This document shows, piece by piece, positions 58,243 to 64,000 of a stretch of 64,000 nucleotides of DNA (position 1 is the first letter of the stretch; every line of letters starts with the position of its first letter). The translations under genes were made by a program, and so were the position numbers. The notes below the pieces were generated by a model that was given only the letters and a program-made list of their open reading frames with translations, searched no databases and was not told where the DNA came from. Source of the DNA: an uncultured Candidatus Rokubacteria bacterium (lineage in GTDB: Bacteria; Methylomirabilota; Methylomirabilia; Rokubacteriales; CSP1-6); contig CAVXJS010000021.1 of NCBI GenBank assembly GCA_963762145.1, positions 32,001 through 96,000 of the forward strand, read 5' to 3'.

Positions 58243-60672
58243 ATGACGAACGAAGGCACCACCCAGCTTCCGCCCGATTTCGTGCGGGACTTCCCCTTCG
58301 AGAGCCGCCTCAGCCTGGCCCCGCTGATCCGCTTCTGGGACGAGGAGGCCAAGGACCCGTCGGTCTGCGGGGAGATGGCGCGGTCGCTCATGACGCGCGT
58401 GCATCAGGTGCCCGCGCTCCTCGGGCCGATCGACGACATCACGGTGCTGGACGAGCACGGCGAGCTGGTGGACGGGTTGATGGGCGCGGTGTTCCCGGCC
58501 GTGTTCTGGGAGGAGGCCTTCATGGGCGCGCTGATCCCGTTCACGCTCCGCAGCGTGTACGGCACGCGCGCGTTCGACAACCAGATCATGGGCCCCGACG
58601 GCGTCCTCTACGGCCGGCTCAACCTCGAGATGGCCACGCTGAAGGACTTCCGCCTGCTGAACGCCTACGCGCTGATCCTCGAGCGCCTGCACGGCATCAA
58701 GTTTCCGGTGGACTATCCGCTGATCCTGACCATGCCGGAGCCCGAGACCGGCCTGGATCGCCATTTCAAGATCCAGTTCGAGGGCCGCTTCGTGGACGTG
58801 GAAGCGCTGCGTCCCCTGCCCCCGCTGTCCGACGAGATGCGCGGGCGCCTCAGCGCCCAGGCGGTGGACCTGGAAACCCTCAAGGCCCTGATTCCACCCG
58901 GCAGCGTGCGCTTCGTCGGCTTCACGGTGGTGAAGGCGCTGGACGTGACGGACCAGGAGGTGCTCTCGTCGATCAAGCGCGACCTGATCGACAAGGAGTC
59001 CATCGTCTCGAACGCGCGCTTCGTGAAGCTGCAGGCGAAGCTGCGGACCCTCTTTCGCCGCGCGGATCTCCACCTGAGCCTGGCCGCCATCGAGGGCGAG
59101 CGCGTCCTGGTGCTCAACTCCGGCCACCACCTCGACCACGGGCAGGGCTGCATCTTCGCGAGCTCGGTGCGCGGGAAGACCAAGGACTACGCGGGCTCCG
59201 TCTTCGAGAAGGCCGTCGTGAGCGGCCGGCCCATCTTCATCGGGGACCTCGCCGCGGTGAGCCCGCGCTCGGCCAAGGAGGAGATCCTCCTCCAGAAGGG
59301 CATGCGGAGCCTGGTGGTGGCGCCCCTGCACTACCAGGGCGAGCTCATCGGGACGCTCAGCCTCTCCTCCCCGCGGCCGGGCGACATCAACGCGCTCCTG
59401 GCGCCGCGGCTGCAGGAGGTGCTGCCGCTGTTCTCGGTGGCGGTGCGGCGGAGCGTGGACGAGCTGCACTCGCGGGTGGAGGGCTTCATCAAGGAGCAGT
59501 TCACCGCGATCCACCCGGTCGTGGAGTGGCGCTTCCGCAAGGCGGTGCTGGAGACGATGGACCGGCACACCGCGGACGGCGAGCCAGGCCGCGAGATGGA
59601 GCCGATCGTATTCCGCGACGTCCACCCGCTCTTCGCGGTGTCCGACATCCGGGGCTCGTCGACCCATCGCGCCTGGGCGATCCAGGCCGACCTGCTCACC
59701 CAGCTGGGCCTCGCCCGCGAGGTGCTGCGCGCCGCGTACGAGGTGCGGCCGCTGCCGATCCTCGACCAGCTCACCCATCGCATCGACGGCTCCACCGCCG
59801 AGATCGAGGTGACGCTCCGCTCGGGCGACGAGATGGGGGTGCTCGGCTTCCTCAAGACGGATCTCGAGCCGCTCTTCGGCCACCTGCAGACCTTCGGTCC
59901 CGCGGTGCGCGAGAGGATCGACGCCTACCGGGCCGCGGTGGATCCGGGCATCGGCCTGGTCTACGCGCGGCGCAAGGAGTTCGACGAGAGCGTGACCCGG
60001 ATCAACGACGCGGTGGCCTCCTACATCGAGCTGGAGGAGCAGGCGGCCCAGGGCATGTTCCCCCACTTCTTCGAGAGACAAAAGACGGACGGGGTGGACT
60101 ACACGATCTATCTGGGCGGCGCCCTCCGCGAGGACGGCGTCTTCGACCCGCTCTACCTCAAGAACATGCGCCTCTGGCAGCTCATGGTGGCCTGCGGCAT
60201 CGCGCTGCGGGTGGAACGGCTGAAGGACCGGCTGCCGGTGCGCCTCGACATCACCAACCTGATCCTGATCCAGCACGCCCCGCTCTCGATCCGCTTCCGC
60301 GGGGACGAGAAGCGCTTCGACGTGGACGGCGCTTACAACGTTCGGTACGAGATCATCAAGAAGCGGATCGACAAGGCCATCATCCGCGGCTCCACCGAGC
60401 GCCTGACCCAGCCCGGCAAGATCGCGCTGGTCTACTCGCACCCGAGCGAGGCCGCGGAGTGGCGCGAGTACATCGAGTACCTCCAGCGTCTGGGTTATCT
60501 GACCCCGGACGCCGAGGAGCTCGAGCTGGACGAGCTGCAGGGCGCCCAGGGCCTGCGCGCGCTCCGGGTGAGCGTGGACCTGGCCAACCGCGAGCTGGAC
60601 GTGCCGTCCATCACCACGGTGACCGCCGCCGCCCCGCCTCGCGCCGAAGGCGAGAGGACACCGGCGGCGTAG
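58243..60672 (+). CDS. Large GAF-domain protein with an uncharacterised C-terminal domain
   Basis: About 810 aa soluble protein; GAF (GMRSLVVAPLHYQGELIGTLSL); FTAIHPVVEWRF; KTDGVDY; FDVDGAYNVRYEIIKKRIDKA; RLTQPGKIA. Confidence 0.82.
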   Translation: MTNEGTTQLPPDFVRDFPFESRLSLAPLIRFWDEEAKDPSVCGEMARSLMTRVHQVPALLGPIDDITVLDEHGELVDGLMGAVFPAVFWEEAFMGALIPFTLRSVYGTRAFDNQIMGPDGVLYGRLNLEMATLKDFRLLNAYALILERLHGIKFPVDYPLILTMPEPETGLDRHFKIQFEGRFVDVEALRPLPPLSDEMRGRLSAQAVDLETLKALIPPGSVRFVGFTVVKALDVTDQEVLSSIKRDLIDKESIVSNARFVKLQAKLRTLFRRADLHLSLAAIEGERVLVLNSGHHLDHGQGCIFASSVRGKTKDYAGSVFEKAVVSGRPIFIGDLAAVSPRSAKEEILLQKGMRSLVVAPLHYQGELIGTLSLSSPRPGDINALLAPRLQEVLPLFSVAVRRSVDELHSRVEGFIKEQFTAIHPVVEWRFRKAVLETMDRHTADGEPGREMEPIVFRDVHPLFAVSDIRGSSTHRAWAIQADLLTQLGLAREVLRAAYEVRPLPILDQLTHRIDGSTAEIEVTLRSGDEMGVLGFLKTDLEPLFGHLQTFGPAVRERIDAYRAAVDPGIGLVYARRKEFDESVTRINDAVASYIELEEQAAQGMFPHFFERQKTDGVDYTIYLGGALREDGVFDPLYLKNMRLWQLMVACGIALRVERLKDRLPVRLDITNLILIQHAPLSIRFRGDEKRFDVDGAYNVRYEIIKKRIDKAIIRGSTERLTQPGKIALVYSHPSEAAEWREYIEYLQRLGYLTPDAEELELDELQGAQGLRALRVSVDLANRELDVPSITTVTAAAPPRAEGERTPAA

Positions 60673-60674
60673 AC

Positions 60675-60899
60675 GTGGGCCGGACCGCGCGGCGGTCTGT
60701 CCTGATCCTGCTCGCGGCCGCGACTCTGGCCGGCTGCGCCACCACGGCCCCGGGGCGCCCCCGTACCGCGGAGGTCGACCAGGCGCCTCGCCGCTGCTCT
60801 CCCGCCGATCCGGAACGCTGGGCCTGGTTCTGCGTCGTCGGCCAGATCCTCTACGGCGCGGCCGCGTTCTTCACCCCGGCCAGCGCGACGGTGCGCTAG
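60675..60899 (+). CDS. Small lipoprotein
   Basis: GTG 3 nt after the upstream stop; lipobox LAGC; C-x11-C; hydrophobic C-terminal segment. Confidence 0.65.
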   Translation: MGRTARRSVLILLAAATLAGCATTAPGRPRTAEVDQAPRRCSPADPERWAWFCVVGQILYGAAAFFTPASATVR

Positions 60900-61687
60900 C
60901 TCCCCATCACGATGCCACCGTCCACGTTGATCGCCTGACCGGTCATGTAGTCCGAATCCGGACCCGCGAGGAACGCCACCACCCCCGCGACGTCCTCCGC
61001 CCGCTCGGGGCGTCCGAGCGGGATGTGCCGGATCCGCCGTTTCCACGCCTCACCCTGCCCCAGCCCCTCGAGCGCACCCCATTCCTTGTCGATCTGCTCC
61101 CACATGGGCGTCTCGACCGCTCCCGGGCACACGCAGTTGGAGGTGACCCGCTCCGGCGCCAGCAGCTGGGCGGCGGACCGCGTGAGGCTCACCACTCCCG
61201 CCTTGGACGCCGAGTACGGCGTCATGAGGTGATTGCCACCCCGGTACGACGCGATGGACGCGGTCTGGATCAGCTTGCCCCGCAGCTCCGACCCCGCCAT
61301 CACGTCCTGCTTCACCATGCGCTTCGCCACCGCCTGCATCACGAAGAACACCGCCCGCAGATTCACGTCCATGACGCGGTCCCACTCCGCCTCGGTGACG
61401 TCGAACATGGGCTCCACGCGAATGACCCCCGCGTTGTTGAAGAGCACGTCGAGCCGCCCCCACCGCTTGTAGGGCTCGTCCACCATGCGCGCGATGTCGT
61501 CGGGCTTGGTGACGTCGGCCTTCACCGCCACCTGCCGGAGCTCGGCGGCGAGCTTCTCCACGCCGGCGCCGTCCTGGTCGGCGAGGACCAGCCGGGCGCC
61601 GTCCGCCGCGAGGCGGCGGGCGGTGGCGGCGCCGATGCCGCGGGCCGCGCCGGTGATCAGCACTGTGCGTCCATCGAGCGATGTCAT
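60896..61687 (-). CDS. SDR oxidoreductase (sorbitol/acetoin dehydrogenase-like)
   Basis: GAGGAG RBS, ATG 61687; TGAARGIG, NNAG, YSASK, CPGAVETPMWEQID. Confidence 0.9.
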   Translation of the reverse strand: MTSLDGRTVLITGAARGIGAATARRLAADGARLVLADQDGAGVEKLAAELRQVAVKADVTKPDDIARMVDEPYKRWGRLDVLFNNAGVIRVEPMFDVTEAEWDRVMDVNLRAVFFVMQAVAKRMVKQDVMAGSELRGKLIQTASIASYRGGNHLMTPYSASKAGVVSLTRSAAQLLAPERVTSNCVCPGAVETPMWEQIDKEWGALEGLGQGEAWKRRIRHIPLGRPERAEDVAGVVAFLAGPDSDYMTGQAINVDGGIVMGS

Positions 61688-61848
61688 CTTGGCTCCTCTC
61701 TGTTCGGTGGGTACATGCCTGTCTCGCTCGGTCGGAGCGCGACTGGCCGATGGTGCAGGACCGTGCGTGAGCAGCCCGGTTGGGCAGCTGCCCGCGCTGC
61801 CACCCCGGCGCACATACTCCGCTGCCTCATTCCGGGTCGCTCACCGGC

Positions 61849-62598
61849 TCACGGCACGCCCAGCAGCTTCCGGAACTCCTCCAGCTCCGGCTTGGGTACC
61901 CCGGGATGCTCGCGCACCTTCGCATAGACCTCGGCGGGGTTGTTCTCGATCGCGCGGCTCACCCTCGAGAATACGCGCAGGAGGGTACGGGCCTCCTTGT
62001 CGGCCTTCTTCTGCACGAGGGAGCCGCCGATGCGGCCGATGGCACGGATGACCGCGTTGTCGATCTGCACGAACGAGGTGAGCACGGTGACCACCTGCTG
62101 GCGGTCCGGCTGGGGAGCGGGCTGAAACTTGTAGGCGAGAGCCACGACCGCCCGGCCCTTGATGTCGGGCAGGGACGACTGGTAGGCGCCCTGGGCGTGC
62201 ATGAGGCGCAGACCCGGCTCGGCGTGGGCGAGGGCGAACGTCCCCTTCACGCCCCAGCCGTCGTCGAGCCAGAGCGATCCGCCCTCACGCCAGATCTTGT
62301 AACGGGCGACCTTCAGCGCCCGGGTGACGTGGCTGGCGAACTCCGGGTGATCGAGCAGGTACTCGAAGACCTCGGGACGGACGAGGTAGGGCTCGAACTC
62401 CATCCGCGTGGAGGCGAAGGCGTTCTTGACGATCTGCTCGAAGGCCTTGCGGTCCTTCGGAGGGAGCTGCGGCGGGAGCGGCAGCGTCGGCTGGGCGACA
62501 CCCAGACCCGTGCCGCCCAGCAGCGCGCAGAGAGCCAGGAGGACGGCGAGCGCGAAGCGGGGGCGTGACCGCCGACGCGGGCGCGCGCCGACTACCAG
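61849..62598 (-). CDS. Exported hypothetical protein (start uncertain)
   Basis: The frame of ORF 61849..62403 stays open upstream through RRRSRPRFALAVLLALCALLGGTGLGVA, a signal peptide; no ATG/GTG/TTG in that stretch. Confidence 0.6.
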   Translation of the reverse strand: MVVGARPRRRSRPRFALAVLLALCALLGGTGLGVAQPTLPLPPQLPPKDRKAFEQIVKNAFASTRMEFEPYLVRPEVFEYLLDHPEFASHVTRALKVARYKIWREGGSLWLDDGWGVKGTFALAHAEPGLRLMHAQGAYQSSLPDIKGRAVVALAYKFQPAPQPDRQQVVTVLTSFVQIDNAVIRAIGRIGGSLVQKKADKEARTLLRVFSRVSRAIENNPAEVYAKVREHPGVPKPELEEFRKLLGVP

Positions 62599-64000
62599 CC
62601 GATGGCGTGCGCGCCGCGGCGTGGATCGGCTCCGCCCAGGCGCACGCCGTCCTTGCCCACCACCGAGGCGCAGACCGCGCCCGCGCGCCAGTCGTAATCG
62701 GGCCAGTCGGTGATGAGGTGACCCAGCTTCGCCAGCTCCGCGCGCGTCTCGGGGGCGATGCGGGCCTCGACGTCGAGACGACCCGGCGAGTTCGTGTGGG
62801 GCCAGAACGAATCGGGGAAGCTCCGCGTGGCGAGCCGCGGAGCCTCGATCGCCTGCTGGGGCGCCATGCCGTAGGCCACCATGTTGAGGAACACCTGGAG
62901 CATCGCTTGCTGCTGCACGTCGCCGCCCGGCGTGCCGAAGGCCATGAAGGCGCGGCCGTCGCGAAGGACGAGAGACGGGGCGGGGGTGAGCCGCGGCCGC
63001 TTGCCTCCCGCGACCTCGCTGGGATGCCCGGGCACGAGCCAGCCCTGCGAGCCGCGCGGCGAGACCACGCAGCCGACGCCCGGGATCACCGGCGAGTCCA
63101 CCCCGCCCGGGTCGCTGGGCGTGGCGGAGAAGGCGTTGCCCTCGGCGTCGATCACGGAGACGTACGAGGTATCGAGCGTGCCCGCGTGCGAGGGCGCGCC
63201 GACCCTGGAGCCGGCCGCGTGCCCGTTGCGCACCGCGGCCTTGCCCTCGGGGTCACCCGGCGGGGGCATGTCGGGCCACGCGCGATCCTCGCGGATCAGC
63301 CCGCGGCGGAGATCCGCGTAGGCCTTCGACAGCAGCGCGTCCGCCGGGACCTTCACGAAGCGCGGATCGCCGTAGTAGGCCTCGCGATCGGCGAACGCCA
63401 GCTTCATGGCCTCGACCAGGATGTGGAGCGCGCGCGGCGTGTTGTGGCCGAGCGCGGGCCAGTCGTAGGGCTCGATCAGGTTCAGCATCTGTAAGAAAAC
63501 CGGCCCCTGGCACCAGAAGCCGCACGACGCGACTTCATAGTCGTGGAAGGTGGTCCTGAGCGCGGGCGCGATCTCGGCCTGGAACCCGGCCAGGTCCTCG
63601 AGCGCCATCAGGCCGCCCTCGCGGGCGTGGTAGTCCACGATGCGCCGGGCGATGTCGCCCTTGTAGAAGGCGTCGCGCGCGGCGCGGATCGCGCCCGCGC
63701 GGCCGCGGCTGCGCGAGCGGATCTCGGCCGCTACCATCTCCTTGATCGTCGCGGCCAGCTCCGACTGCACGAAGAGCTGTCCGGCCGCGTGCGGCTTGCC
63801 GCCCGGCAGGAAGAGCTTGGCCGAAGTCGGGAAGCGCGCGTAGCGCTCGGCATTGTTGGCCATGATGGAGGCCGAGAAGGCCGAGGTGGGGAAGCCGTGC
63901 TCGGCGCACTCCAGCGCGGACGATACCGCATCCGTGAACGACAGCGTGCCCCAGCGCTCGAGCGCGACGCACCAGGCGTCGGGCGCGGCGGGCACGACCG
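62592..64000 (-). CDS. ggt: Gamma-glutamyltransferase (5' end outside the window)
   Basis: AFADR..YYGDP, autoproteolytic D|TS, GKRPRLT, GTPGGD, GGADPRR. Confidence 0.93.
   Translation of the reverse strand, partial: VVPAAPDAWCVALERWGTLSFTDAVSSALECAEHGFPTSAFSASIMANNAERYARFPTSAKLFLPGGKPHAAGQLFVQSELAATIKEMVAAEIRSRSRGRAGAIRAARDAFYKGDIARRIVDYHAREGGLMALEDLAGFQAEIAPALRTTFHDYEVASCGFWCQGPVFLQMLNLIEPYDWPALGHNTPRALHILVEAMKLAFADREAYYGDPRFVKVPADALLSKAYADLRRGLIREDRAWPDMPPPGDPEGKAAVRNGHAAGSRVGAPSHAGTLDTSYVSVIDAEGNAFSATPSDPGGVDSPVIPGVGCVVSPRGSQGWLVPGHPSEVAGGKRPRLTPAPSLVLRDGRAFMAFGTPGGDVQQQAMLQVFLNMVAYGMAPQQAIEAPRLATRSFPDSFWPHTNSPGRLDVEARIAPETRAELAKLGHLITDWPDYDWRAGAVCASVVGKDGVRLGGADPRRGAHAIGW

Noticed and set aside
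56962-60672. 1236-aa fusion protein
   Set aside because: The first ~425 aa are an off-frame read of the MFS gene; the real gene starts at about 58243.

Overview
Very GC-rich bacterial chromosomal window, densely coding, with about 55 genes and no rRNA, tRNA, CRISPR array or transposase. The gene mix (branched-chain and peptide ABC transporters, two hydantoinase/oxoprolinase pairs, amidohydrolases, several SDRs) and the intergenic palindromic repeats resemble soil 'Candidatus Rokubacteria'/Methylomirabilota, but this taxonomy is only an inference. Single-base frameshifts cluster in four patches (about 0.2-4.6, 9.4, 28.2-28.7 and 41.3-43.3 kb) and look like long-read errors. Recognisable content includes a FixL/FixJ-type two-component pair, a paired M16 peptidase, a solo Cas4/RecB-like nuclease with a HAD hydrolase, a Liv-type ABC operon, squalene synthase, PAC2, ftsH-degP, dnaJ/cbpA-clpB, phoX and GGT. 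The most notable observations are: (1) two dispersed lipoproteins sharing an unrecognised His/Trp motif domain; (2) a ParB/Srx-fold gene in an operon with pterin carbinolamine dehydratase and a QDPR-like SDR, with no hydroxylase in the window; (3) five sigma54-type promoters in front of stress-type genes; (4) eight probable leaderless genes; (5) a GAF protein whose C-terminus carries degenerate class III nucleotide-cyclase-like motifs; (6) a hairpin-occluded CTG start; (7) three families of intergenic palindromic repeats.
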